Source: Patescibacteria group bacterium | Lineage (GTDB): Bacteria > Patescibacteriota > Minisyncoccia > Phycocordibacterales > Phycocordibacteraceae | DNA: 64,000 nt | Reading direction: 5' to 3' | NCBI GenBank assembly: GCA_038064495.1 | Contig: JBBTSZ010000002.1 | Location: 216,934-280,933 of the forward strand | Part shown: positions 47,574 through 57,696 of the stretch, piece after piece | Layout of the letters: each line of letters opens with the position of its first letter | How positions within the stretch are numbered: the first letter of the stretch is position 1 | Notes under the pieces: model-generated | Seen by the model: the letters and a program-made list of their open reading frames with translations, nothing else | The model's database searches: none | What the model was told of the DNA's origin: nothing | Translations under genes and position numbers: made by a program

Positions 47574-48428
47574 CTAGAGTCTGCGCCAGGCGCCAAATTC
47601 TTCTTTTGCTATGCCTTTGAGTTCAAGGAGCACGAGTGCGGTAAGCGTGTCGCTCGCAGAGAGTCCTGAATCTCGAAGGAGCACGTCTTTGGCACAGGGC
47701 TCAGTGAGAAGGTTATAGAGAAGCAGTTCGTGTCCCTCAAGTGATGGAGTCTTAGTACGCGCCGTGTCCTCGCTCGGTGTGAGGTGGAGTGCTTCAAGAA
47801 TATGGAAGGAATCAGAAACGTGGGTTGCGCCAATACGTAAGAAGAGGTGAGAACCAAAACTGTGCACATCCCCAATGCGGTGCGGAACACAGAGGAGTTC
47901 TTTGTTGTATTCAGTCGCAAGACGTGCGGTTATCAGCGTTCCTGATTTTTCTCCGGCTTCAATAACGAGGACGGCGTCAGCAAGACCGACCATAATGCGA
48001 TTACGTGAAGGAAAGTCATATGCATGTGGTAGATAGTCCGGTTCGTGTTCCGAAAGAAGCGCGCCACCTGACGCGAGAATATCTTTCGCAAGGCCAAGGT
48101 TGGTGCGTGGGTAAAGCGCACGTTCGGCAAGTCCGGAACCAGGCACCGCAATCGTGTGGAGACCTGCAGAAAGTGCCGCGCGATGTGCCTCGCTATCCGC
48201 ACCAAGCGCAAGGCCCGACACGATTGAAATCGGATAGCCGGAGAGGTCCGAAATAAGTTTATGGCAAGCTTCGCGTCCGTAGTTCGTCAGTGCACGACTT
48301 CCCACCACGGCGAGCAGTTTTGTACCGGCAGGTGGAAGCGTCCCGGAAAGCCAGAGGCTTTCCGGCGGGTCAGGAATCTGTGAGAGTCCTCCCGGGAGCG
48401 CTTCAAACGATACCTCGCGGATATCCAT
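47574..48428 (-). CDS. dprA: DNA-processing protein DprA
   Basis: AVVGSR, VSGLALGAD, FPSRNRI, EAGEKSGTLITA, C-terminal winged helix. Confidence 0.95.
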   Translation of the reverse strand: MDIREVSFEALPGGLSQIPDPPESLWLSGTLPPAGTKLLAVVGSRALTNYGREACHKLISDLSGYPISIVSGLALGADSEAHRAALSAGLHTIAVPGSGLAERALYPRTNLGLAKDILASGGALLSEHEPDYLPHAYDFPSRNRIMVGLADAVLVIEAGEKSGTLITARLATEYNKELLCVPHRIGDVHSFGSHLFLRIGATHVSDSFHILEALHLTPSEDTARTKTPSLEGHELLLYNLLTEPCAKDVLLRDSGLSASDTLTALVLLELKGIAKEEFGAWRRL

Positions 48429-48434
48429 ATGGTC

Positions 48435-48447
48435 AGTATAGTATAGT
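48435..48447. promoter_or_regulatory. back-to-back -10 boxes of divergent leaderless promoters (dprA/serS)
   Basis: minus TATACT 6 nt from the dprA ATG; plus TATAGT 7 nt from the serS ATG; 26-bp intergenic gap. Confidence 0.65.
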
Positions 48448-48454
48448 GAAGTAC

Positions 48455-49723
48455 ATGCTCGATATTCATTTTATTCGCGAGAATGCGGACCTGGTGAAGG
48501 CCGGCGCTGAAAAAAAGAGGATACCGGTTGATATTGACCGACTCCTTTCACTTGATGACTCCCGCAAGACGCTTCGCGGGGAGCTTGACGATAGACGTGC
48601 CGAACAAAACCGCGCAAGCGGAAACATTGCGAACGCCCACGGGGAAGAGAAAGAAAAGCTTCTTGAGGCCATGCGTCATGTGAAGCAAGGGATGGCCGAC
48701 ACGGAAGAGAAGTACAAAGAGGTCATGAAAGAGTGGCAGGAGCTCATGCTCACGGTGCCAAACATTCCGGATATGTCCGTGCCGGAAGGTGAAAGTGATG
48801 CGGATAACACCGAGGTAAAAGTCTGGGGTGAAAAACCGACCTTTGATTTCACCCCGATGAATCACGTGGACTTGATGACCAAACTCGGGATGGCTGATTT
48901 TGAGCGTGGTGCGAAAGTCGCTGGCTTCCGTGGCTACTTTCTGAAAGGAGACGGTGTTCTGCTTACCAACGCCGTCTGGCAACTCGCACTCAAACACTGG
49001 ACTAATAAAGGTATGGTGCCACTCATGGCGCCCTCACTCGTGCGCCGTGAGACCTTTATGGGTACCGGGTATCTCCCGCAAGGAGAAGAAGATTTATATA
49101 AAACACAGGACGGTGAATATCTCGCAGGCACAGCTGAAGTTGCAGCCATGGGGTATCACATGGACGAAACCCTTGAGATGGGTGATCTCCCCGTGAAGTT
49201 CCTTGCCTTCTCACCGTGCTTCCGTCGTGAGGCAGGTGCTCATGGTAAAGATGTACGAGGCCTCATCCGCGTACATGAATTCTTTAAATGGGAGCAGGTA
49301 GTACTCTGTGAGGCTTCCCACACTACGTCTGTAGCGCTTCACGAAGAGCTTAATCGTAACACCGAAGAATTCATCGAGCTCCTCAACATTCCGTATCACA
49401 CTGTCGTGAACTGCGGTGGGGACCTTGGTCTTGGTCAAGTGAAGAAATATGACATTGAGCTTTGGGTACCGGGAGAAAACACCTACCGAGAAATAAGCTC
49501 AGCCTCCTATTTCCATGATTTCCAAACACGCCGTTTGAACATTCGGTATCGTGACGCGGAAGGAAAGATGCAATTTGCGCATTCACTGAACTCAACAGCC
49601 ATACCAACACCGCGCATTCTCGTGTCCATCATTGAAAATTATCAACAGCAGGATGGCACGATTCGTGTGCCAGCCGCACTCGTCCCGTATGTCGGAAAGG
49701 AGATCCTGGGACATTCAGTCTAG
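48455..49723 (+). CDS. serS: serine--tRNA ligase
   Basis: MLDIHFIREN, GTAE, CFRREAG, GLIRVHEF, REISS, HSLN. Confidence 0.97.
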   Translation: MLDIHFIRENADLVKAGAEKKRIPVDIDRLLSLDDSRKTLRGELDDRRAEQNRASGNIANAHGEEKEKLLEAMRHVKQGMADTEEKYKEVMKEWQELMLTVPNIPDMSVPEGESDADNTEVKVWGEKPTFDFTPMNHVDLMTKLGMADFERGAKVAGFRGYFLKGDGVLLTNAVWQLALKHWTNKGMVPLMAPSLVRRETFMGTGYLPQGEEDLYKTQDGEYLAGTAEVAAMGYHMDETLEMGDLPVKFLAFSPCFRREAGAHGKDVRGLIRVHEFFKWEQVVLCEASHTTSVALHEELNRNTEEFIELLNIPYHTVVNCGGDLGLGQVKKYDIELWVPGENTYREISSASYFHDFQTRRLNIRYRDAEGKMQFAHSLNSTAIPTPRILVSIIENYQQQDGTIRVPAALVPYVGKEILGHSV

Positions 49724-50657
49724 TCCGCGGGCGTCTGCGCCTGTACGAAAACCGACACCGGTACGTGTCCAGCGCGTGGTTGATGTGCGTCCCACACGTA
49801 CCGTATCTCGTCCTCAGGCACCCGCGCGAAGAGTCATAGGCAAAGGACCGGTGGTACCTCTTCGCCTCCGTAGAAAGTCTGCGAAGCGGAAGCTGTTGAT
49901 GCTCGGGGGTATCGGGATACTCATGCTTCTTATCTTGGGAGAAATCTTGCTTTGGCAATCATTCTTCCGAGTACAGACCATTCAGGCAGAAGGACCTGAG
50001 GCAGAAGAACTCAAAGCATATGTACTGTCGGAACTGTCCGGTACGCACTACGGCATTATTCCAAAAAGCTCCATTTTCTTTCTTCCCGAGAAAGAACTTC
50101 GCGCCAGCATCCTTGAGCATTTTCCGGAAGTACAGGCAGTGACAATAGCGCCCTCAGGACTAACCATACTGACCGTTACCACCACCCATCGCGCGACGGT
50201 ATTTTGGTGGTGTGGTATTTCTTCGCTCACACCGGAAGCGAGTTGTTACCAAGCAGATACGGAAGGAACTATTTTTGCACCCATACCTCCCGAGGATACC
50301 GTTGCCTCAACAAGCATGCTCAAACTGTATGCACCACTTCAGTCTTCACCACTTGCCTCTTCGTCACCTATCGGCGCTCGTATGGAGGACGCGAAATATG
50401 TTCCGCATGTGCTTGAATTTGTGAAGGCAATGCGCGCCCTTGGGGCAGATATAACGCACGTAGATATCCGCCAAGATGAAGCAGATCTCTTCACGAAAGG
50501 CGGAACTCGCATTACGTATGTTATGGGTCGTGAACAACAGGCAGCAGCACTCGCAGTAACTGCCTTTCCTAGTTTCAATTTGAATAACGGCTCACTCCTG
50601 TATGTTGATTTGCGCTTTGATTCCAAAGTCTTTTTCAAGAAGAAGGATACTAAATAG
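49689..50657 (+). CDS. FtsQ/DivIB-like cell division protein
   Basis: basic N-terminus, single TM, POTRA-like region, C-terminal YVDLRF. Confidence 0.65.
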   Translation: MSERRSWDIQSSPRASAPVRKPTPVRVQRVVDVRPTRTVSRPQAPARRVIGKGPVVPLRLRRKSAKRKLLMLGGIGILMLLILGEILLWQSFFRVQTIQAEGPEAEELKAYVLSELSGTHYGIIPKSSIFFLPEKELRASILEHFPEVQAVTIAPSGLTILTVTTTHRATVFWWCGISSLTPEASCYQADTEGTIFAPIPPEDTVASTSMLKLYAPLQSSPLASSSPIGARMEDAKYVPHVLEFVKAMRALGADITHVDIRQDEADLFTKGGTRITYVMGREQQAAALAVTAFPSFNLNNGSLLYVDLRFDSKVFFKKKDTK

Positions 50658-50695
50658 ACTTGGTTATCTGATAAAGCCAGGGTAGTGTGCATCAC

Positions 50696-51676
50696 ATGCA
50701 ATCGTTTTGGAACAAACTAGAAAAACCATTCTTCGTCATGGCACCCATGGCGGACGTCACGGACCCTGCCTATCGCAAGCTCATAACGGAGTATGGAAAA
50801 CCGGATATCACCTGGACCGAGTTTGTGTCTGCAGATGGTCTCTACGCTACACGTGAAAAGAAGGGGATGAAGGATGAGGAGAACCCCCTCATGCGTGATT
50901 TTCTGTTTACCAAAGGCGAACACCCCATCCTTGCACAGATTTTCGGTAGTAATCCGGACACGATTCGCTACGCATCACTTCTTGCTCGCGACCTAGGCTT
51001 TGACGGCGTGGATATCAATATGGGTTGCCCGGATCGTTCCATAGAGAAACAGGGAGCCGGTGCTGCCATGATGAAGCATCCAGAAAAGGCAGCGGCCATA
51101 ATTGCTGCAGCAAAAGAAAGTAACCTCCCAGTTTCAGTGAAGACCCGTATCGGCTACAACGTACAGGAAATTGAAACTTGGATTCCAACGCTCCTCAAAG
51201 AAAATCTTTCGGCGCTCACGGTGCACCTGCGTACCCGTAAGGAAATGTCACTCGTGTCGGCACACTGGGATGTTGCGCAGCGTGTTACAGAGCTCCGTAA
51301 CGTCCATGCTCCAGACACACTTTTGCTCGGGAACGGGGACGTGACCTCTCTCGTTGACGCACGCAAGAAAGTAGCCGAGTCGGGTTTTGATGGCATCATG
51401 CTTGGTCGTGCTATCTACGGAAATCCGTGGGTGTTTACGGGCAGGGTACCAAGTGACCTTTCGCCAAGAGAGCGGCTGGAAGCACTCCACAAACTTGCGA
51501 CGTACTTTGATGAACTACGACCACAGAAGTCCTTTCATTTGCTGAAAAAACACTTCAAGGCCTTCGTGCAGGGATGGGAGGGTGCATCTGAGCTTCGGCG
51601 TGAGCTTATGGAAACGGAGACAATTGGCGACCTGCAAATAAAGCTTACCGACGCTATTCAAGAACAGGCTCCGTAA
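50696..51676 (+). CDS. dus: tRNA-dihydrouridine synthase
   Basis: MAPMADVTD, DINMGCP, SVKTRIG, TVHLRT, GNGDV, MLGRA. Confidence 0.93.
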   Translation: MQSFWNKLEKPFFVMAPMADVTDPAYRKLITEYGKPDITWTEFVSADGLYATREKKGMKDEENPLMRDFLFTKGEHPILAQIFGSNPDTIRYASLLARDLGFDGVDINMGCPDRSIEKQGAGAAMMKHPEKAAAIIAAAKESNLPVSVKTRIGYNVQEIETWIPTLLKENLSALTVHLRTRKEMSLVSAHWDVAQRVTELRNVHAPDTLLLGNGDVTSLVDARKKVAESGFDGIMLGRAIYGNPWVFTGRVPSDLSPRERLEALHKLATYFDELRPQKSFHLLKKHFKAFVQGWEGASELRRELMETETIGDLQIKLTDAIQEQAP

Positions 51677-51708
51677 GCAGAGCGTGGTAAAATCGTCCTA
51701 CCTAGACT

Positions 51709-52737
51709 ATGGCTCATCAATCGCTGTATCGTGCGTATCGTCCAAAAACCTTTAAAGAGGTGGTAGGACAGAACCACGTTACCGAACCCCTTCAAGAGCA
51801 GATAGCAACAGGAAAGGTCGCTCACGCCTATCTCTTATCAGGCTCACGAGGACTCGGAAAAACCTCCATCGCGCGCATCTTTGCGCGCGAGCTCGGCACG
51901 AGCGATAAAGATCTCTATGAAATAGACGCAGCGTCTGCAAACAGTGTGGACGATATTCGTCAGCTCACGGAAAACGTCTATACTCTTCCGTTTGAGTCAA
52001 AATATAAGTTCTATCTTTTGGACGAGGCACACATGCTTTCCAAAGCCGCGTGGAATGCTTTTTTGAAGACGCTGGAGGAACCACCAGCCTACGTAATTTT
52101 TGTACTCGCCACGACCGAGCTTGAAAAAATACCTGACACGGTGCGCTCGCGCACCCAAGTGTTTGAACTGAAGAAACCTACACGTGTCGGCCTGAGCAAG
52201 CTTATTAGTGAGGTCGCAAAGAAAGAAAAATACACGATTGAACCAGGTGCTTCAGAGCTCATCTCACTTCTTGCCGAAGGTTCCTATCGTGATGCACTCT
52301 CTATTCTTGAGAAAGTCTTTTCCGTTTCAAAAGATAACAACATTAGCCTTACTGAAGCGGAATCTGCGACAGGTGCGCCCAAGCGCGCACTCGTTCTCGC
52401 GTTGGTGAACGCCCTTAGTGAGGGTTCAGCTGAAAGGGCACTAACCGCAATCCGGAAGGCAAGTGAAGGTGGCGTAGATATGCAGTTGTACCTCACGCTT
52501 CTACTTGAAGCACTGCGTACCGTGCTCCTGTTTCGTCACGCTCCGGAGCTTCGTGCAGAGCTTAAGACTGAGCTCGGGACAGATGAATACACCGAGCTTG
52601 AAGCACTCGCAAACGAAAAAGAGTCAAAGATTACTCACACGACCCTGCTCGCATTTCTAAACGCCGCAAGCACGATGCGCTACTCACCCATCCCAGCGCT
52701 CTCGCTTGAACTTGCGGTGTACGACGTCACATCATGA
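51709..52737 (+). CDS. dnaX: DNA polymerase III subunit gamma/tau
   Basis: LYRAYRP, GSRGLGKT, EIDAAS, DEAHML, LKTLEEPP. Confidence 0.95.
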   Translation: MAHQSLYRAYRPKTFKEVVGQNHVTEPLQEQIATGKVAHAYLLSGSRGLGKTSIARIFARELGTSDKDLYEIDAASANSVDDIRQLTENVYTLPFESKYKFYLLDEAHMLSKAAWNAFLKTLEEPPAYVIFVLATTELEKIPDTVRSRTQVFELKKPTRVGLSKLISEVAKKEKYTIEPGASELISLLAEGSYRDALSILEKVFSVSKDNNISLTEAESATGAPKRALVLALVNALSEGSAERALTAIRKASEGGVDMQLYLTLLLEALRTVLLFRHAPELRAELKTELGTDEYTELEALANEKESKITHTTLLAFLNAASTMRYSPIPALSLELAVYDVTS

Positions 52738-53651
52738 CCAAGCTATCAGCCGGACTCGCAATCCTTCTGACACTCGTGGCGTGCGCCACGCTCGGCACCA
52801 CCATCTATGTATATGGAGTTCCCCAGATATCTCGTTCATTGTTTGAAAAACCGTGCCGTGATCCGATAGCCATACGCATAGAAAGTATTGACCCCAAGTT
52901 TAATCTCACAAAAGGTGAGTTAGTCACGGCGCTGACTGCTTCTATGAAGCTGTGGAATGAAGTAGCGGGTAAAGCGGTGTTTACCTACGAACCTGATAAT
53001 GTGCACGCATTACCGATTCGCCTCGTGTACGACGCTCGCCAGCAGACGGTAGCGCTTGGGCAAGCAATAGATTCAACAGAGGCACGACAAATGGAATCAC
53101 GTGCACATATTGAGTCACTCCAGTCAGCGTATGAAAAAGCGACCGCTGAGTATAACCAGCAACTCCAAGCATTTAATGAGGAAGCAAATGCGTACGAGAA
53201 TGAAGTGAAGACCGTGAATGCACAGGGTGGAGGGAATGCTGAGACTGTAAAAAGATTAAATGCAGAACAAGTACGACTTCAACAAGAGCAAAAAGAATTG
53301 AATAAGCAAAGTGCGGCATTGAAGGCACAGGGCGATGCGCTCAAAAAAGAAATTGCCGCATTCAATGCGTCGGTAAAAGATGTGAACTCAGTGGTGCAAG
53401 CCTTTAATTCGCAAGCAGGAGGAGATTTTGAAGAAGGGCAGTACACCAAGGACGCGTCTGGAGCGCGCATCGCCATCTATGCGTACAAAACAAAAGATGA
53501 ACTACTGCACTCACTCGCGCATGAACTGGGCCATGCACTTGGTCTTGAGCACAACAATAATCCGGCATCCATCATGTATCCCTACAACAAGAGTGGGACG
53601 AAGGTGAGTAGTGACGATATTGCGGCACTCAAGAAAGTCTGCGGTAGCTAG
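52734..53651 (+). CDS. matrixin (M10) family metalloprotease with coiled-coil insertion
   Basis: HELGHALGLEH, Met-turn SIMYP, N-terminal TM. Confidence 0.88.
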   Translation: MTKLSAGLAILLTLVACATLGTTIYVYGVPQISRSLFEKPCRDPIAIRIESIDPKFNLTKGELVTALTASMKLWNEVAGKAVFTYEPDNVHALPIRLVYDARQQTVALGQAIDSTEARQMESRAHIESLQSAYEKATAEYNQQLQAFNEEANAYENEVKTVNAQGGGNAETVKRLNAEQVRLQQEQKELNKQSAALKAQGDALKKEIAAFNASVKDVNSVVQAFNSQAGGDFEEGQYTKDASGARIAIYAYKTKDELLHSLAHELGHALGLEHNNNPASIMYPYNKSGTKVSSDDIAALKKVCGS

Positions 53652-53693
53652 TTGCTCAACAAGCGTCTATCAGGCAAAGTAGGAAGGTGCTAT

Positions 53694-53767
53694 TGGGAGA
53701 TCGTCTAATGGTAGGACAGCGGCCTTTGAAGCCGTGAATCTAGGTTCGATCCCTAGTCTCCCAGCCA
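53694..53767 (+). tRNA. tRNA-Gln(TTG) with CCA
   Basis: GCGGC-CT-TTG-AA-GCCGT; GGTTCGATCCC. Confidence 0.95.
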
Positions 53768-53825
53768 GAAATTTATAAAAAAGCCGCCCGGAGCGCGGCG
53801 AAGATACTCCGGGCGCTTCAGGCGG

Positions 53826-54272
53826 TTAAGCAGCAACGATTCTAGAACCGACGCTTTTGAGATGTGCACGAGTGGCATCGGAAATAGTTCCGACAGTCCC
53901 GCCCTCGATTGCAAGTGGGAACTGCTTGATGAGTTCGACGAGTCGAGTCGGGTCAGTACACCGATTGATTTTGTGCCAGCCTTTCTTTTTCGGGACGGAT
54001 GCACCACCAGTGATATGCGGACCCTTGTAGCCGATAGAGACATGGGTCCCACGGTCAGAAACAGATGTCAGCTCCGCGCGGTCATAGCCGTAGACCTTTC
54101 CGTTTGGATGCTCAGAGTCGACCCAGATGGTTGCGCCTGGCTCAAACTTTGCGAGTTCTTCTGCAGGAATGCATTCAAAGAGAGCCCCGATATCCTTGTT
54201 CCTGAAATCCGTCCAGTGGTTGCTGTATATGACTTCGCTCGGAAGTTCTAGGTGAGGTGTTTGGTCTGTCAT
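53826..54272 (-). CDS. hypothetical protein
   Basis: GGAG SD; terminator near 53776-53826. Confidence 0.65.
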   Translation of the reverse strand: MTDQTPHLELPSEVIYSNHWTDFRNKDIGALFECIPAEELAKFEPGATIWVDSEHPNGKVYGYDRAELTSVSDRGTHVSIGYKGPHITGGASVPKKKGWHKINRCTDPTRLVELIKQFPLAIEGGTVGTISDATRAHLKSVGSRIVAA

Positions 54273-54498
54273 CGCTACACTCCATGTTTGAGATTTCAAT
54301 TCCTGTTGCGGGTGCTACAGGGCGTCTGCGTTGTCTATAACACAGTTATTTGAGTAAGTAAAAAGGTTCCAATATAGCCCCAGACTGTCAGCTAACTTTA
54401 GTATGCAAAATAAAAAACCTGTCCGTAAAGACAGGTATTTTTGGCCAATGCCCGATAAGAACTTCCTTGTACAAACTACTTACAATTTACTTGTGAAC

Positions 54499-54858
54499 TT
54501 AATCTCTATCATTTAGCCAAAGTTTAAAGGCTTTCATGCGAGATGTCAGATTCTTCATTTCCCACCGAAAATAATCATTGGAGCCGGTTTCAAAGGGATT
54601 CTTCCACTCAGGATGGTCAAATTCAAAAATACCTCTTAAAGAACGCTCCGTGTCCGTTTTCTTACCAGCCTCCTCAAAGTCTTTGTGGAGGGTATTCTTC
54701 CAGCCGGAAGACGGTCTTCCCGCGCGTATTTCACGAAGCATCATTCTAGCTGCAAGCTTGGCGTTTTGCCTAGCTACTTGATTCTTAAATGCGGCGGTTT
54801 CTGTGAAATCAGGGTTCGACTCCGGAAGATTAGGATCTTTGGACTCTTCATCGCTCAT
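54499..54858 (-). CDS. hypothetical protein
   Basis: TAAGGAGG SD. Confidence 0.65.
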   Translation of the reverse strand: MSDEESKDPNLPESNPDFTETAAFKNQVARQNAKLAARMMLREIRAGRPSSGWKNTLHKDFEEAGKKTDTERSLRGIFEFDHPEWKNPFETGSNDYFRWEMKNLTSRMKAFKLWLNDRD

Positions 54859-54979
54859 ATCGGACCTCCTTATTTGTCCAAGATATTTATATCACAAAAA
54901 CTTGGTTTGTCTATGTTACTGAGAATAAATACGTTCCAACATCGTCCCAGACTGCCAGCAATGATGCTATTGTTTTTTA

Positions 54980-55336
54980 ATGCTCAAACACAACCTCTAC
55001 GCCACACCCTTTGCAAAGGTCTATCCGTACTACGTTGCTAAGGCGGAGAGAAAAGGACGCATAAAAGCGGAAGTTGATGAACTCATTCGTTGGTTAACGG
55101 GATACACCGAGAAAGGATTTGAGACACAACTGAAGAAGCAAACAAGCTTTGAAGACTTCTATACCAAGGCTCCAAAGATGAACCCTTCACGCAAACTCAT
55201 CACCGGTGTGGTGTGCGGTATACGGGTGGAAGAAATTGACGACCCGCTCATGAAGGAGATTCGATATTTGGATAAATTGATTGATGAGCTCGCAAAAGGA
55301 AGGGCGATGGAGAAAATCAAACGGGAAGCAACGTAA
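54980..55336 (+). CDS. DUF2200 family protein
   Basis: [49 protein letters not shown]. Confidence 0.85.
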   Translation: MLKHNLYATPFAKVYPYYVAKAERKGRIKAEVDELIRWLTGYTEKGFETQLKKQTSFEDFYTKAPKMNPSRKLITGVVCGIRVEEIDDPLMKEIRYLDKLIDELAKGRAMEKIKREAT

Positions 55337-55438
55337 ATCGGTGAACGTAGTGACAATAAAAAAGGTTCCAACATTGACCCGGACTCTAATAAAAAGGGAC
55401 GAGCACTAGGCTCGTCCCCTTCAAAAAATCCAGTAACT

Positions 55439-55747
55439 CTAGCCGGCGTTTGAGAACTCCATCATTCCTGTTCTTTTCTCAGCATTGTATTCAACGAAGA
55501 TGAAATTGAAGGGAGGAAGTCTGGGTTCTCTCCAGGCCGACGATGACAAAATTCCACCAAGCTTATAATTTGGACCTTGGCAAGTGACGAATGCAAAGTT
55601 CAAAATCTGCAAACGAAACAGAATCGGGCCACATTCTGGAAGAAAGATGGTGAAAGTAGCAGTAGCACCAAGATTGCGAGCTGTAAAGGCGTGCTCTAAA
55701 TCTCGCACGCCAGGACCATTCGTGATATGTAGCTTGGGATAAGTCAT
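55439..55747 (-). CDS. hypothetical protein
   Basis: AGGA SD; hairpin 55394-55420. Confidence 0.6.
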   Translation of the reverse strand: MTYPKLHITNGPGVRDLEHAFTARNLGATATFTIFLPECGPILFRLQILNFAFVTCQGPNYKLGGILSSSAWREPRLPPFNFIFVEYNAEKRTGMMEFSNAG

Positions 55748-55890
55748 AAAGACTTCCTATACGTAAAGAGCATTACGTTAAACATAAAGAGTAACGCAAG
55801 CTATCAGACCACCTGACAGCTAAGACACACTACGTTATAGCTTTAGTAAGTCAAACAGTACGTTCGTCTCCGGTTTGGTACACTGTTCGT

Positions 55891-56283
55891 ATGGAAAAAG
55901 TGCCAGCAGATTTAAAAAAAGCACTTAGTGCTAAACCCTCAGTAGAAGCAAAATGGAAGGACCTCACACCAATTGGGCGGAGGGACTTCATCACCTGGAT
56001 AGAAGGAGCTAAGCAACCGAAAACACGCAAGCGCCGTATAGAAGTAACCCGTAGCAAACTTCTGAGCGGACAGAGGCGTCCGTGCTGTTACGCTGTCGTA
56101 CCAATGAATCTCTACAAAGCACTCGGCACTTCACCCAAGGCAAAAGCGACGTGGAAGACGCTTACCCCGGACGCACGTCGCGACTTTGTGGCTTGGATAG
56201 ACGAAGCGAAAGACTCAGATACGAAGGGACTTCGGATAGATAAAACGTGCGTACTCTTGGCTGCGGGGAAACGCCGTCCTTAA
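55891..56283 (+). CDS. tandem YdeI/OmpD-associated domain protein
   Basis: two repeats of VP.DL.KAL...W..LTP..RRDF..WI..AK. Confidence 0.85.
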   Translation: MEKVPADLKKALSAKPSVEAKWKDLTPIGRRDFITWIEGAKQPKTRKRRIEVTRSKLLSGQRRPCCYAVVPMNLYKALGTSPKAKATWKTLTPDARRDFVAWIDEAKDSDTKGLRIDKTCVLLAAGKRRP

Positions 56284-57116
56284 GAACCTTTCGTGCGGTA
56301 GTGCTTCAGATAGGCAACGATGATGAAGCTGATGATAACGAGCAGTGACCAGGACGTTATCTTTCCAAAACCCACAAGCGTCCACACGTGAAACTGGTCA
56401 GGATATTTCCATGCGCCGAAATAGGTGGAGATATTCTCCGCAATCCATATAAAAAGAGCAATGAGAACAAACGCAAGATTCATAGGCAGCCATCTTCGCT
56501 CCCGAACGACGGTGAAGTAGACGCGTGCTCTGAAAAATACAACAAAGACCAAGAACATAAGCACATAGCGGAAGTCGTACAGAAAGTGATGCGTGAAGAA
56601 ATTTATATAAATGAGCACAGAGAGCACGAGGAGTAGGAAATAGTTGGGAGCATGCGCAAGCGAGAGCTCCATATACTTCCACGACAGGCTGATATAGCTC
56701 CCGACTGCCGCATACATGAAGCCGCTGAAGAGTGGCACGGTCGCTATTTTGAAAAAGCCTTCCTCTGGGTAACTCCACGAACCAATAGCCGGATTCGTTT
56801 TATACAGCTCAAGCATGAAGCCAATGATATGAAAAAGGAATATAACCTTAATCTCGTGGAAGGTTTCAAGTTTGAATACATACAGCACGACTTGAATAAG
56901 AATCGCTGAAAGGAAGAGAAAATCGTAGCGGGGAAGTCCAAATAAGGGGAGGTAGTTGGATAGAAATAAAACTACGAAAAAAGAGCCTGCGAATATGCAG
57001 GCTCTTGCCTGCTTCATTCCAAATGTCCAGAATTCATGGCCTACATTCCTGAGAGCGCGGAGCATAGCTATTAAAACAGTATAAAGCTGAATGTGGTTCC
57101 ACATATATTCAACCAC
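56280..57116 (-). CDS. DUF817 family membrane protein (start uncertain)
   Basis: KQARACIF, RYDFL, GSWSYP, VPLFSGFMYAAVGSY, FIWIAENI, AWKYP. Confidence 0.8.
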   Translation of the reverse strand: MVEYMWNHIQLYTVLIAMLRALRNVGHEFWTFGMKQARACIFAGSFFVVLFLSNYLPLFGLPRYDFLFLSAILIQVVLYVFKLETFHEIKVIFLFHIIGFMLELYKTNPAIGSWSYPEEGFFKIATVPLFSGFMYAAVGSYISLSWKYMELSLAHAPNYFLLLVLSVLIYINFFTHHFLYDFRYVLMFLVFVVFFRARVYFTVVRERRWLPMNLAFVLIALFIWIAENISTYFGAWKYPDQFHVWTLVGFGKITSWSLLVIISFIIVAYLKHYRTKGS

Positions 57117-57177
57117 AAAAAGAAAACCGCCCTCTCGTTGAAGCGAAAGTTTGGTTTTCGTTTCGCCGAGTGGGCGG

Positions 57178-57591
57178 TTATAGATTCAGTGTCGCGTGGA
57201 TTTCATCGAAATGAGCCAGCAATTTTTCAGCTTCCTCAAATGAGGCTTGCTTACACAAGACAGCTTGTTTCAAGCGAACTCTTTGCGGAATCAGATACTC
57301 AGTGACAAGCTCTGGGGACGTCAGTCTCATCATTTGGCGCGACGTGCACGAGTGTTCGTTGATATCAAACTCGTACCATTGCTCCTGTTCCCTCATGTCG
57401 TCAAGTGAACGGATACGGAACTTTTGATTTTCCGTATCAACTTCAGTGATGATGGCAGGGCAATCCCATCCAGACATGCTGGTGATACCGCTGTACCACA
57501 GAAGTCGCCCAACCTGCACATGTTTCCCAAGGAGAGGTTCTTCAATCAAAATTGCTGAACCGTCAACCGGATTTCTAACGGTGAGTGTCAT
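57178..57591 (-). CDS. hypothetical protein
   Basis: AAAGGA SD; TTGACA promoter; terminator 57124-57179. Confidence 0.65.
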   Translation of the reverse strand: MTLTVRNPVDGSAILIEEPLLGKHVQVGRLLWYSGITSMSGWDCPAIITEVDTENQKFRIRSLDDMREQEQWYEFDINEHSCTSRQMMRLTSPELVTEYLIPQRVRLKQAVLCKQASFEEAEKLLAHFDEIHATLNL

Positions 57592-57696
57592 GTGTGTTCC
57601 TTTCCGTATCGCACATCTGAACGCACTGTTATATAGAAAATGTCGATTGTCAAATAAATACAGCGTATTGGTGTCCGCTGTAACAAATAAGGTCGC

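Larger units (their letters stand above)
54366..55385 (+). repeat. three 21-bp direct repeats GTTCCAAYATNGNCCCRGACT
   Basis: copies at 54366-54386, 54933-54953 and 55365-55385; 17 of 21 positions invariant. Confidence 0.7.

Noticed and set aside
54366-55385. CRISPR array
   Set aside because: Only three degenerate 21-bp repeats separated by whole genes; no cas genes in the window
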